Positions 38,947 through 49,068 of a DNA stretch of 64,000 nucleotides are shown here, piece by piece. Location of the stretch: positions 8,448,001 to 8,512,000 of the forward strand of contig JASGJH010000001.1 in assembly GCA_047601445.1 (NCBI GenBank), given 5' to 3'. A program made the translations under genes and the position numbers. The notes beneath the pieces are model-generated. The model had not been told where the DNA came from and did not search any database. It saw only the letters and a list, made by a program, of their open reading frames with translations. This DNA is from Myxococcales bacterium (GTDB lineage Bacteria; Myxococcota_A; Polyangia; Polyangiales; DASUME01). The stretch's first letter is position 1. Every line of letters begins with the position of its first letter.

Positions 38947-41010
38947 TCAGGCGCCGAACGCGGGATCGCTGACGCTGTCCTTGCCGGTCTCCACGTGGCC
39001 AGCGAGTTGACGCAGGAAGCTGTCCTGCTCGACCTCGAAGGTGAGGTCGTACCATCCCTGGGTGGAGGGCCAGCTCTGCTGCCAGGTGTCGCCGGCGCGC
39101 AGTACGCGGCTGGCGCTGCGGCGCGAGTAGGCGTCGAAGACGGAGACGGTCTTGTTGGCGCGCGTGAGGTTCTTGAGCTGAATGATCAAGTCGTCGCCTT
39201 GATAGCGACTCTCGAGGGAGAGCACCGGCACAGGGCCGCCTGCGTACCTGCGGAAGAAGCCGTTGGGGCCGTAGACCGAAAGGTCATAGGCGGCGCTCAG
39301 TCCCTCACCGACGAGCTGCCAACTATCGCTCAGCTGCCGACGCGATTCGACCGTGTAGGTCCAGGGCCCGTTGCTGTCGAGTACCGAGCGCACCTGGAAT
39401 ACCGCGGCCGCGCGGCCGCTGTTTCGGAACTGCAGCGCGAACCGTCCGGCCGCTGCTGCCAGCTCACCGTCGACGTCGAGCTCATAGGGAAGGGCGCGCG
39501 CCGGGCGCTGACCGCGCTCTTGCTTGGGGAGGACACCCGTTGCAGGCGGCGTGGGTACATAGTCGGGATGGCGTTGATCGTCGGTGGGCTCGTAGGCGTC
39601 CGTGGGCGGCAGACTCGGCCAGCTCGTGCTCTTGCCAGGGTCGGCGCGGAAGTCGAAGGCCGAGGTGAGATCGCCGGTGACCGCGCGCCGCCACTTGGTG
39701 ATGTTGGGCTCGATGATGCCGCGGTGCGAGTCCGAGAAGCGGCGCTCGATGAACTTGACCAACGACGTGTGATCGAAGACCTCCGAGTTCACGTAGCCGC
39801 CTCGGCTCCAGGGCGAGATGACGAACATCGGCACGCGCATGCCCAGACCCAGCGGTCCGCTGACACGCTTCGAGTCGCCGCCGTAGATCTCGTAGGCAGT
39901 CTCCACCGTGGACAAGCCTTCGGCGCGCGTGGCCGGCGGCGTGGGTGGCACCATGTGATCGAAGTAGCCGTCGTTTTCGTCGTACATCACGAAGAACGCG
40001 GTTTGACTCCAGAGTTCTGGATCCTCGGTGAGGATGTCGAGCACCTGCGAGACGTACCAGGCGCCGTAGTTCGCCGGCCAGTTGGAGTGCTCGGTGTACG
40101 CTTCAGGCGCAGCGATCCATGACACCTGCGGGAGCTTTCCGGCGCGTACGTCTGCGCGCAGATCGTCCAGCAACTCGTCGCCGGCGAGGACGTTGCTGCC
40201 GCGGCGCGCGCCCTCATAGAGCGGGCTGCCGGGCTGTGCGTTCTGGTACTGATGGAAGTAGAGCAGTGAGTTGTCGCCGTAGTTGCCGATGTAGGCGTCG
40301 TCGCCCCAACCCCAGAAATGAGCGGCGTCGAGACCGGAGCCGACATCCTGGTAGACCTTCCACGAGATGCCCGCGTTCTGCAGACGCTCGGGATAGGTGG
40401 CCCAATCGTAGCCTGCTTCGGAGTTGTCGAGCACCGGCCCGCCGTTGCGACCGTCGTTGCCGACCCAGCCCGTGAACATGTGATAGCGGTTGGGATCGGT
40501 CGCACCGAGGAAGGAGCAGTGGTACGCGTCGCAGATCGTGAACGCGTCCGCCAGCGCGTAGTGGAACGGGATATCGTCGCGCCGGAAGTACGTCATCGTG
40601 TTGGTTCCCTTGGCAGGGATCCACTGATCGTACTTGCCGCGGTTCCATGCCTTGTGGGTGTCAGGCCAATCGTGAGGCGTGCCTTGCATGAACTGCATGC
40701 CCAGGTTCGGCGCCGTCGGATGGTAGGGAAGGATCGTCTTGTCGCCTTGCTTTTGGTACCAGACGGGATTCCCCGAGGGCAGCTGCATCACGTGTCGGTC
40801 GCCGAAGCCGCGCACGCCGCGCAGCGTGCCGAAGTAGTGATCGAACGAGCGATTCTCCTGCATCAAGATCACGATGTGCTGGACATCCGCGATCGTGCCC
40901 GTGCGGCGACGCGGCGGGATCGATAGAGCGCGGGAGATGCTCGGCGGAATCACGCCAGCGATGGAGCTGGCCGCCAGAAACTGTAGAAACTTGCGACGAT
41001 CGTGCGTCAT
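38947..41010 (-). CDS. plcN: Phosphocholine-specific phospholipase C (PlcN/PlcH type), Tat-exported
   Basis: DRRKFL signal; ILMQENRSFDHYFG; TDPNR; YDENDGYFDH; GLGMRVP; C-terminal GHVETG..SVSDP. Confidence 0.92.
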   Translation of the reverse strand: MTHDRRKFLQFLAASSIAGVIPPSISRALSIPPRRRTGTIADVQHIVILMQENRSFDHYFGTLRGVRGFGDRHVMQLPSGNPVWYQKQGDKTILPYHPTAPNLGMQFMQGTPHDWPDTHKAWNRGKYDQWIPAKGTNTMTYFRRDDIPFHYALADAFTICDAYHCSFLGATDPNRYHMFTGWVGNDGRNGGPVLDNSEAGYDWATYPERLQNAGISWKVYQDVGSGLDAAHFWGWGDDAYIGNYGDNSLLYFHQYQNAQPGSPLYEGARRGSNVLAGDELLDDLRADVRAGKLPQVSWIAAPEAYTEHSNWPANYGAWYVSQVLDILTEDPELWSQTAFFVMYDENDGYFDHMVPPTPPATRAEGLSTVETAYEIYGGDSKRVSGPLGLGMRVPMFVISPWSRGGYVNSEVFDHTSLVKFIERRFSDSHRGIIEPNITKWRRAVTGDLTSAFDFRADPGKSTSWPSLPPTDAYEPTDDQRHPDYVPTPPATGVLPKQERGQRPARALPYELDVDGELAAAAGRFALQFRNSGRAAAVFQVRSVLDSNGPWTYTVESRRQLSDSWQLVGEGLSAAYDLSVYGPNGFFRRYAGGPVPVLSLESRYQGDDLIIQLKNLTRANKTVSVFDAYSRRSASRVLRAGDTWQQSWPSTQGWYDLTFEVEQDSFLRQLAGHVETGKDSVSDPAFGA

Positions 41011-41073
41011 GGGAAGAAGCCTCCGGAATGAGCTGAGTTCAGACGTTTGTCGGGTGCGGTCGCCGACGGCGCA

Positions 41074-42417
41074 TCAGGGCTGCGGGCCGATCCAGGTGCC
41101 GCACGAGCCAGGCAGCCGGCCATGGAAGAACCCGCGGTCGTCACGGTCGAAGCGGCCGTCTCCGTTGCGGTCCCAGCTCCCGTACTCGCGCGCTCGATCG
41201 ACCGTGAATACGGCGCGCGGCGCTCCTTCGAGGTAGCTGTTGTGAAGGAGGACCACGGCGAAGTAGTTGCCGCGAGGCAGACCTTCGAAGGACAGCGTGC
41301 CCTGCTTGGCGCCGAGGTACGCCCACTGCGTGGCCGAGGGACCTCCGGGCGTCTGACCGCTTCGGTAGATCGCCACCCAGTCTTGTGCTTGTCCGGGCGT
41401 GCTCGACCAGCTCAGCTCGATCGGCTCACATTCGCCATACCTGGTCTTCTTGAGCGTCAGCGAAGGAGGCAGCGCGGCCGCGCAGTAGCCGCGGTCCGTG
41501 ATCGGGCCGACCACGAAGCAGGCCCGCGTCGAGAGCTCCTCGCTCGTCCCGTCGCGATACAGCGCGACGAAGTAGTCCCCGGCTGGCAGCCCTGGGAACG
41601 AGACGCTGCCCGCGGCCGCGCCCGCCAGCGTCTTGGCGGCAACGCGTGGGCTCTGTCCCGGCGTCGCGCCGCGCGCGTACACCGCGAGGTAGTCGTCCGG
41701 ATAGCCGGGACCGCCCGAGAAATTCACCGTGAGGGCCGCGCCAGCATCGATGCGGGCCGCCGGGAGATCCACGATCGAACGCACGTTGCCGACCGAGAAG
41801 CGCACCCGATCCGACGCTTCCGAGTAGCCGTCGTTCAAGAAGAAGGACGCGAAGTAGTAGCCAGGTTCGAGACCCGCGAACGTCGCGCTGCCCGCCGCGC
41901 CGACGTACTGCCACTGCGTCGACCCCTGCACGCTGGGAACATCCCCCGCGCGATAGACGCCCACCCAGTCGGTCGCGTTGCCCGGACCGCCGCTCCACTG
42001 CAAGGTCACGCTCGCGCCCGCAGGATAGGTCGCCGCGTCCGCGCTCAGTGCGACCTGGGCCCCGATCGCGAAGCTCACCCGCGTCGCGACCTCGCCGTAG
42101 CCATCGTTCGCGAAGAAGCCTGCGAAGTACTGCCCATCTTCGAGCCCCGTGAACAGCGCACTACCGTTGGGGCCGGCAACGTACTGGTACTGCGTGGACG
42201 CTACCTGTCCGGGTGTCTGGCCCGGCTTGTAGATTCCGAGCCAATCCGTCGCATTGCCCGGACCGTTCTGATAGCGAACCTCGACCGTCGCGCCGCTCGG
42301 ATAGCGCGCCTGGGTCACGAAAAGCTGCGGGGCCTGGGCAGCGACGATGCTCGACTGAAGGAGCCCGATCGCGAGCGAGAACCAAAGCCAGAATCTCTGC
42401 GCTTGAAGCCTGGGCAT
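41074..42417 (-). CDS. Secreted protein of four Ig-like 'DW(L/V)G(I/V)Y' repeats with an EF-hand-like tail
   Basis: Signal peptide; four repeats of about 95 aa; DRNGDGRFDRDD. Confidence 0.8.
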   Translation of the reverse strand: MPRLQAQRFWLWFSLAIGLLQSSIVAAQAPQLFVTQARYPSGATVEVRYQNGPGNATDWLGIYKPGQTPGQVASTQYQYVAGPNGSALFTGLEDGQYFAGFFANDGYGEVATRVSFAIGAQVALSADAATYPAGASVTLQWSGGPGNATDWVGVYRAGDVPSVQGSTQWQYVGAAGSATFAGLEPGYYFASFFLNDGYSEASDRVRFSVGNVRSIVDLPAARIDAGAALTVNFSGGPGYPDDYLAVYARGATPGQSPRVAAKTLAGAAAGSVSFPGLPAGDYFVALYRDGTSEELSTRACFVVGPITDRGYCAAALPPSLTLKKTRYGECEPIELSWSSTPGQAQDWVAIYRSGQTPGGPSATQWAYLGAKQGTLSFEGLPRGNYFAVVLLHNSYLEGAPRAVFTVDRAREYGSWDRNGDGRFDRDDRGFFHGRLPGSCGTWIGPQP

Positions 42418-42732
42418 ATCGCTCCGTCCTTCGCTGTCGGTCGCCGACGCGCGGTGGGAGCAAACTACGAGGGTGAAGCAACACCCAGGTGAAAGGTGTC
42501 CAACTTCGCGGACGCACACCTTCACGACCTCGTGGCACGACGTCACCGATTCGCCGCAGGTCCTCGAACGCCATCTCCGCGCCACCTCGGAGACACCAAC
42601 CCCGTGTTCCACTCGCACCCGCCAGTGAACACTTCGCCTGGGACTCGTTGCGTTGGCGTGTCGCGGGGGCTCGAGCTGGCCGGGAGAGAGCGATTTGGCG
42701 TGAGAGGGGGCTAGGGTTGAGAAACGAGCGCT

Positions 42733-43590
42733 TCAGAGGCGCGCGAGCTTGTCGGGATTGCGCACGGCCCGGATGCCATAGATGAGTTGACCATCGGTCT
42801 CCAGGTTGATCACGGTCTCGACCCCTTCTGAATTGCGTAGCACCAGTGCGGGCCAACCGTTGATCTCCTCGACCGCGAAGCTCAGCTCGGGCGGCACCTT
42901 CTTGCCCAAGCCGTGATAAAAGCGCGCGACGTGATCCACGCCGTGGAGGGCCTGGGTGGCCGCGCTGGCCTTGCCTCCCCCGTCGGACCACGCGGTGACA
43001 TCGTTTGCCAACAACTTCTTGAGGCCGTCGAGATCGCCTGCACCGATGGCCATCATGAACTTGCCGAGCAGGTTCTGGTGGGCCTGCTTGTCCGGCGCGA
43101 AGCGCGGCCTGCCAGCAGTGACACTGCTTTTGGCACGGTGCAGGAGCTGACGACAGCTGGCCTCTTCGCGGCCGAGGATCTGCGAGATCTCGGCATGGCT
43201 GTAGTCGAACACCTCATGCAGCAAGTACACGGCACGCTCCAGGGGCGTGAGGCTCTGGAGCAGCACCAGGAAGGCGAGCGAGATCGACTCGAGGTCGGGC
43301 GGGTCCGCCGATTGCAGTTCGCGAGCCGAGCCGAACTCGGTGCGCACCGGCTCGGGCAGCCACGGCCCCACGTACTTCTCGCGGCGCACGCGCGCACTGG
43401 CGAGCTGGTCGAGGCACAGGCGCGTGACCATGGTAGAGAGAAACGCGCGCTCGGAGCGAACGTCGTCTCGCGGGGCGGATTGCCACTTGAGATAAGCGTC
43501 CTGCACCACGTCTTCGGCGTCGGCGGCCGAGCCGAGCATGCGGTACGCGATGCCGAAGAGCTGTGGGCGGTGGGCTTCGAAACCTTCCAT
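42733..43590 (-). CDS. sigJ: ECF41/SigJ-type sigma factor with SnoaL-like C-terminus
   Basis: AYRMLGSAADAED, YVGPWLPEP, SDGGGK, RNPDKL. Confidence 0.92.
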   Translation of the reverse strand: MEGFEAHRPQLFGIAYRMLGSAADAEDVVQDAYLKWQSAPRDDVRSERAFLSTMVTRLCLDQLASARVRREKYVGPWLPEPVRTEFGSARELQSADPPDLESISLAFLVLLQSLTPLERAVYLLHEVFDYSHAEISQILGREEASCRQLLHRAKSSVTAGRPRFAPDKQAHQNLLGKFMMAIGAGDLDGLKKLLANDVTAWSDGGGKASAATQALHGVDHVARFYHGLGKKVPPELSFAVEEINGWPALVLRNSEGVETVINLETDGQLIYGIRAVRNPDKLARL

Positions 43591-43598
43591 GATTCCTC

Positions 43599-44768
43599 CT
43601 AGCCTGCCACGTTCTCGGGCAACCGCGCGTGTTCCCCGGTCGTACGCAGTCCGAACCGTCGGGACCACGCGCTGCGCTGGCGCTCGAGCCGCAACACCCA
43701 GGTTGTGCTCCTGCAGACGAGCTCCTTGAACCAGGCCGCCGCCTGTCCGGTCAGCGCGCGTCCGCGCAGGCTCGTGTCCCGTGCGCGGCCCTGGATCAAC
43801 CCGTCGTTGCGCCCGAGGCTCACGCAGAAGAAGGGCGATCGGAAAACGAGTGGCCGCTCGCGCTCACCACGCGCACTACGCGCGATATTGTTGGCGGCGT
43901 GGAAGCCCGTGGGGAGAGCACTCTTGCAGCCCATCGGCATGGGATCACCCACGGACTCCACTGGCAATGCGCAGTCGCCCACTGCATAGACATGGGGGTG
44001 CGAGAGAGAACGCAAGCGGGCATCCACGCTCACCTGTCCCAGCGCGTTCACTTGCAGTCCAGCCTCCCTGGCGATGGGCGAAGCCTCGAATCCAACACAC
44101 CACAGGCACGCATCGTAGGCCACGACTCCCCGGTCGGTGTGCGCGCCGCGTTCGCTCAGCGAAGCAACTTTGGCGTGCTGAATCAGCTCCACACCAAGAC
44201 GCTCGAGCGTACGGAGGACGTGCTCGCGCCCTCGCTTCGACCAGCCATCCGCGACCTCACCACGTGTCAGCAACGTGACTCGCAGAGTGGGCCAGCGTTC
44301 CGCCAGCTCGGTGGCCGCTTCGACCCCAGTCAGTCCTCCGCCGACCACGAGCAAGCGGCCGGCGCGCGCCGCGATCTCTGGCACGCGCTGGGCTAGGCGG
44401 GCCGCGTCGGAGCCATCGAGGGTGAAGGCATGTTCGCGCACCCCCGGTGTGTTGCCCAGCAGGGACCGCGATCCCATCGCCAGCACCAGACGGTCCCAGG
44501 GCAGGCTTTGCCCGGATACCCGCACCACCTGTGCGGCGAGATCGATGTGCTCTATCTGTCCCAGGGTGAGCGAGACTTCCGTTCCCTCCAGCAGCTCAGC
44601 CAGGGCCTGGTGCGGTGCGAGTCCGTGGGCAACCTGCTCATGAAGGCGAATTCGTTCGCAGAAATGGGCATCCCGCGTGACGAGCGTGACCTGTGTACGA
44701 CGCTCACGCGAGAGGCGTAAGGCGCATGCCACGCCCGCGTACCCAGCTCCCAAGACCATGATTCGCAT
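43599..44768 (-). CDS. NAD(P)/FAD-dependent oxidoreductase (NDH-2/AIFM2-like)
   Basis: VLGAGYAG, VVGGGLTGVE, YAVGDCA, CVSLGR; a known type of ECF41 partner gene. Confidence 0.88.
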   Translation of the reverse strand: MRIMVLGAGYAGVACALRLSRERRTQVTLVTRDAHFCERIRLHEQVAHGLAPHQALAELLEGTEVSLTLGQIEHIDLAAQVVRVSGQSLPWDRLVLAMGSRSLLGNTPGVREHAFTLDGSDAARLAQRVPEIAARAGRLLVVGGGLTGVEAATELAERWPTLRVTLLTRGEVADGWSKRGREHVLRTLERLGVELIQHAKVASLSERGAHTDRGVVAYDACLWCVGFEASPIAREAGLQVNALGQVSVDARLRSLSHPHVYAVGDCALPVESVGDPMPMGCKSALPTGFHAANNIARSARGERERPLVFRSPFFCVSLGRNDGLIQGRARDTSLRGRALTGQAAAWFKELVCRSTTWVLRLERQRSAWSRRFGLRTTGEHARLPENVAG

Positions 44769-44792
44769 CGGCTCTCTCCTCCTGAGAGCCAA

Positions 44793-44820
44793 GACGGGGT
44801 AGGGGGGCCCGAACGTGACA
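44793..44820 (-). promoter_or_regulatory. ECF41-type promoter
   Basis: TGTCACG-N17-CGTC, close to the ECF41 consensus TGTCACA-N16-CGTC, upstream of the oxidoreductase-sigJ operon. Confidence 0.72.
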
Positions 44821-44946
44821 GCCTAAAAAACGGGGGGTGTGTAGGCTCCGTGGGGGGCGCAGGGGCTCAGCTGCCGTAGGCGGCAGTGACTGTCGTCCGC
44901 CCGGTATCGCGAGCCCTCACTCGAGCCAGCGCAGATCCCTCTCGAG

Positions 44947-46221
44947 TTACTCGGAGGGATCGCTGATCAGCGCGCCCGGTGCGCTGTCGGACTCGTTGCG
45001 CTTCAGCGCGCCGACCACCACCGAGAGCGCGAACAGGCTGGTCAAGGTGACGAAGCCGACGGCCCAGAAGCAGCTCTCGGGACGGCCAGTGAGCTCTTCC
45101 AAATAGCCGAAACCCAGCGGCAGCAGGAAGCCACCGAGGCCCCCGAGCGTACCGACGATGCCGCCCACCGCGCCGACGTCACGCGGATAGTAGCTGGGCA
45201 CGTACTTGTAAACGGAAGCCTTGCCCACGCCCATGCCCACGCCGAGCACCTCGACCAGCGCGAACGTGCCCCACAGTCCCAGCGTCTGAGTGTCGACGAC
45301 CGAGAGCACCAGCGAGGCCAAGGTCATGATCACGAAGGTCGCGTAGGTCACCGACCGCGCGCCGAAGCGATCCGACAGATAGCCGCCGAGCGGACGCAGC
45401 AGGCTGGCCGGAAAGATGAAGAAGGCGGTCAGCAGCGCAGCGCTCGGGAGGCCCAGCTTGAACACGCTGGCGTAGTAGTTGGGCATCCAGACCGAGAGCG
45501 CGACGTAGGCGCCGAACACCACCACGTAGTACAGGCCGAAGCGCCAGACGCGCATCTCAGACAGCGGGCTCAGCAGCGTGGAGAGCGAACGGCCGGCGCC
45601 GGGCTTGCGGTCGGGCGCGGGGGACATGGTCCACAGCACGATGGCCATGATCACCAGGAGCACCGTGTAGAGCACGGGCACGAAGCGCCAGCCACCGGGG
45701 ATCGAGCCGCCGAACAGGCCGCTGGCCGGCACGATCGCGATCAGCGTCGGACCGATGAGCTTGGTGATCGAAGCGCCGACGTTGCCCGCGCCGAAGGTGC
45801 CGAGCGCCACACCCTGGCGTTGCGCCGAGAACCAGGCGGAGGTCCAGGCCACACCGCTGGTGAACGAGTTGCCCGCGAGACCGAAGAACAACGCGTAGAC
45901 CATCAGCTCCGTGTAGCTGCTGGCATAGGCGGTGAGCAGGCAGGGGACAGCCGTGATCAGCGTGATGGTGGTCATCGCGACTCGGCCGCCCACGCGGTCA
46001 GCCCAGAGGCCGAACGGCAAGCGCCACATCGCACCGCTGAGGATGGCGATGGCGGTGAGCCACGAGAACTGCACCTTGTTGAGGCCGAACTCGGCCTTGA
46101 TCGGCACCGCAAGCACGCCGAGCATCAGCCACACGGCGAACAGCAGCGTGAAAGAGGTGGTGGCCAGTGTGAGGACGCGTGCCGCGCCCTTGTCTTCAGA
46201 ACTGAGCTGCCTCGTGTCCAC
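44947..46221 (-). CDS. narK: NarK/NasA-family nitrate/nitrite MFS transporter
   Basis: WRLPFG, GTFGAGNVGAS, FGAYVALS, LLRPLGGYLSDRFG, GKASVYK; GTG start with AGGGAG RBS. Confidence 0.88.
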   Translation of the reverse strand: MDTRQLSSEDKGAARVLTLATTSFTLLFAVWLMLGVLAVPIKAEFGLNKVQFSWLTAIAILSGAMWRLPFGLWADRVGGRVAMTTITLITAVPCLLTAYASSYTELMVYALFFGLAGNSFTSGVAWTSAWFSAQRQGVALGTFGAGNVGASITKLIGPTLIAIVPASGLFGGSIPGGWRFVPVLYTVLLVIMAIVLWTMSPAPDRKPGAGRSLSTLLSPLSEMRVWRFGLYYVVVFGAYVALSVWMPNYYASVFKLGLPSAALLTAFFIFPASLLRPLGGYLSDRFGARSVTYATFVIMTLASLVLSVVDTQTLGLWGTFALVEVLGVGMGVGKASVYKYVPSYYPRDVGAVGGIVGTLGGLGGFLLPLGFGYLEELTGRPESCFWAVGFVTLTSLFALSVVVGALKRNESDSAPGALISDPSE

Positions 46222-46295
46222 GTTCGGCTCCCTGCAAGCGGTTACAAAAGGCGTTGGCGGTGTGCCGCAGCGACGTCTATCTCGGAACACTCTTC

Positions 46296-46311
46296 AGCAA
46301 GCCATGTGCCG
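46296..46311 (-). promoter_or_regulatory. Putative sigma54 promoter
   Basis: CGGCACATGGCTTGCT, about 75 bp upstream of the narK start. Confidence 0.7.
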
Positions 46312-46603
46312 TACCTCGCTTCGTGCGATTTGCCCGTATTAAACGCGGTCTTCGTTCGCCGTGCGAGGGCACGCGGACAACAAAAACGTAGCGCCACGAC
46401 GTTCGCGTATCGAACATATCGAGCCTCGATACATTCTCGCTTTCGCTCGTATTTCTTGATGGTTTCTTCGCGCATTCTCACGCGTTCCGGCGGGCATTGC
46501 GCGTGGACACGCTGCGTTCGCACCGGCCGCCGAATGCATCGACGATCGATATTCTTTATATCGATGATCGATATATTTCGGTGTGCCGCCGCGCTCTTCG
46601 GGC

Positions 46604-47104
46604 TCAGCGCCGGTACTTCCAGGCCCACTCGATGACAAAGCGTGCTGGTTCATGCCCCTCCCCATCGAGCACCTGCACCGGCACTCTGAGGCGGCCTTTG
46701 GGCTCCTCGCGCAGCATCCGCTGCTGCGCCTGATCGAGCGTCGCGTGCGCCACCAAGTCTCCGACGGCGCGGCGCACGAAGTCGATCTCCGAGCGCGTCA
46801 CCGAATAGCGAGTGCCGTCCGGTAGGTTGGAGGCCAGCACGGTGCCGGTCGCGGCCTCGGCGAGGAGATACATGGCCGAAGCGTGCACCGAACGCATGTG
46901 GTTCTGCACCTTGCGCTGATTGCGGACGCGTAACTTGGCGGAGCTCGGATCGAACTCGAGGAGCTCGACGGACGACGTGGACAGGTACGGAATGGTCAGG
47001 CCCATGCCGAGCGTGAGCACTTGCTGACGCAGGCGCCGTGGCAGGGGGAGCGCGCTGACACGCGCGTTCACGCGATTGAACTGGTTGGTCTGCGGGGTAG
47101 TCAT
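46604..47104 (-). CDS. Hotdog-fold thioesterase (PaaI/DUF4442-like)
   Basis: VQNHMRSVHASAMYLLAEAATG. Confidence 0.8.
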   Translation of the reverse strand: MTTPQTNQFNRVNARVSALPLPRRLRQQVLTLGMGLTIPYLSTSSVELLEFDPSSAKLRVRNQRKVQNHMRSVHASAMYLLAEAATGTVLASNLPDGTRYSVTRSEIDFVRRAVGDLVAHATLDQAQQRMLREEPKGRLRVPVQVLDGEGHEPARFVIEWAWKYRR

Positions 47105-47151
47105 GGCGGTGATCCTCGTGTTGATTGCCTCGTATGGAACCGTGATTGCCG

Positions 47152-48063
47152 CTATGCGCGGTCTGGTGTGTTAGCTCGGTACTGACCCGTGAGCACTGCG
47201 TGGCCGGACGCCTTGTCCACCACGACGACGTCGCCTGCGTGCGCGTACACCTCGAGCTCCGCCGGCAACACCACGGGCGCCAAGAGCCTGCAACTCCATC
47301 CGCCGAGACGGTGCACGTCGCCGCCGAAGAGCGTCGAGTTCAGCGCCTCGATGGTATGCGCGACCGTGCCGTACCCCTGGAGCACCACGCCACGAAAGCC
47401 AGCGGCCCGTGCCGCCTGCGGGATCCAGTGGATTGGGTTGAAGTCTCCAGTGAGTTTGGCGAACTCCAGCCCGGCGTGACGGCCGAGCTTGATGCAAGTG
47501 AGCGCGGAGTTGGTGGGGAGCACTGGGCGAGCCTTGACTGGCTTGGAAGGTGCCTTTGCGGGCGCGGCGCGGGGCCTTTCGCGAGGGAACAGGCTGACGC
47601 CGTCCGTCACGAGCCCGCGCGGCGCACTTCGAGTCGTGCTCACCAGACGCCCGGTCGCGATGGCGCGACGGCCGTCGTCGTCTACCGTCACGGGCTCTGC
47701 CGTCACGAGCAGTGGTTCGTCGGCGGGCAGCGGGTCGCGCACTTCGAACGAACAGCCGAGGTTGATCACGCGCCGCAGCGGGAGCCCGCTGGACTCCAGC
47801 ATGCTCGCGGCCACACCGATGCTCCATTGGGGCGCGAGGTGCGGCGGCAGCGTGTTCCCGTAGCGCCGCGGATCGCCGCCAAGGTACGCCACGAAGTCGC
47901 GGACCAGGGCTGGCTTCAGAGGCGGCAAGGTGACGACCAGGGGCTCCGAGCGGAGCTCTGCGGGCGATACCCCCAAGCGCGACGTAACCTGTGCCCGCAC
48001 TACGCGCACCATCGCCCCGAAGGCCTCGCGCTGCTCCAGGATATGCAAGTTCGGCACTCTCAT
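47152..48063 (-). CDS. MaoC-family double-hotdog dehydratase
   Basis: FAKLTGDFNPIHW...GFRGVVLQG. Confidence 0.82.
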   Translation of the reverse strand: MRVPNLHILEQREAFGAMVRVVRAQVTSRLGVSPAELRSEPLVVTLPPLKPALVRDFVAYLGGDPRRYGNTLPPHLAPQWSIGVAASMLESSGLPLRRVINLGCSFEVRDPLPADEPLLVTAEPVTVDDDGRRAIATGRLVSTTRSAPRGLVTDGVSLFPRERPRAAPAKAPSKPVKARPVLPTNSALTCIKLGRHAGLEFAKLTGDFNPIHWIPQAARAAGFRGVVLQGYGTVAHTIEALNSTLFGGDVHRLGGWSCRLLAPVVLPAELEVYAHAGDVVVVDKASGHAVLTGQYRANTPDRA

Positions 48064-48080
48064 CGGTGTGCTCCTCTACA

Positions 48081-48119
48081 TACTACGCATGTAAACTATA
48101 ATGGTTCGCATGCGTAGTA
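48081..48119. promoter_or_regulatory. MarR operator (perfect 11-bp inverted repeat)
   Basis: TACTACGCATG-N17-CATGCGTAGTA between the divergent maoC-like and marR genes. Confidence 0.72.
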
Positions 48120-48177
48120 AGTGCAAGGGGCGGGAGGGGTGACCGGCGTGCTCGGGGCGGACTACACTCGCCTGGTC

Positions 48178-48645
48178 ATGGAAGAGCGTCTGTACTTTTT
48201 GCTCAACGCCGCCCAGCACGAACTACGGCAGTTCGTCGATCAGGAGGGCCTCGGGCGCACGGGTCTCACCTCGGCTCAGATGGGGGTCTTGTTCTTCGTC
48301 GCGCGGAACGACGGCTGCCTCCTGAGCGAGGTCGGCAAGGCTCTTGGGGTCAAGAGCGCCGCCGTCACCGGGCTGATCTCCCGCACCGAAAAAACCGGGG
48401 TGATCCGACGCAAGGCAAGCGCCGAAGATCGCCGCGCCGCCCAGCTATTCCTTACCCCCAAGGGCCGCCGGTTGCTCACCGACATCCACCGCCTCAACAT
48501 CGAACTCAACGCCGCCTTGCGGGAGGGCTTCAGCTACGATGAGCTGGCGGTGGTGGTGCGCTTTCTGGAGCACGTCAGGACGCTGCCTTCCCGCGAGGCA
48601 CCGCGGCAGGCTCGTCGCAAGGGGGAGGGCGTGGCGGAGAGCTGA
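48178..48645 (+). CDS. MarR family transcriptional regulator
   Basis: LTSAQMGVL..., DRRAAQLFLTPKG. Confidence 0.9.
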   Translation: MEERLYFLLNAAQHELRQFVDQEGLGRTGLTSAQMGVLFFVARNDGCLLSEVGKALGVKSAAVTGLISRTEKTGVIRRKASAEDRRAAQLFLTPKGRRLLTDIHRLNIELNAALREGFSYDELAVVVRFLEHVRTLPSREAPRQARRKGEGVAES

Positions 48646-48686
48646 GCGCGGTGGACGAGAAGAGCTTGGGGGCGCGTCGCTAGCGG

Positions 48687-48968
48687 CTACTTGGCGACAC
48701 CCTCGGCCGTGGCCACGCGCGCGCTCCGTCGGCGCTTCGTCGCGTGATCCGCGGGGGGCAGCATGCTACGGGACGCCTCGGGACCTACGGGCACATGCTG
48801 GAGTTCCCCGAGCGCGGGCCTAGAGGAGCGCGAAAGGGTCTCCGGCGTGCGCATTTGCAGCTCGTCTGCGCGCGTCGCTGAGGCCGTCGGCGCGGCACCC
48901 GGAGCAACCCCTTGCTGGGCACCGCACGCGAAACACAAGAGCGACAACACGAGCAATCCTGGGCGCAT
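48687..48968 (-). CDS. Possible small lipoprotein
   Basis: MRPGLLVLSLLCFAC signal/lipobox-like start; no recognisable domain. Confidence 0.4.
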   Translation of the reverse strand: MRPGLLVLSLLCFACGAQQGVAPGAAPTASATRADELQMRTPETLSRSSRPALGELQHVPVGPEASRSMLPPADHATKRRRSARVATAEGVAK

Positions 48969-49068
48969 CTTGTGGTTCCCCCGTCGACTGGGCCCACCAT
49001 ATCGCAGGGAGTCGCCCGCGCCAGTACCAGCCGCCAAGTCGTCAGCGCAGGCGCCCCGCTGCGAGCCC

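Noticed and set aside
42500..42560. PHO box upstream of the repeat protein/plc operon
   Set aside because: TCAC-like units do not show consistent 11-bp spacing
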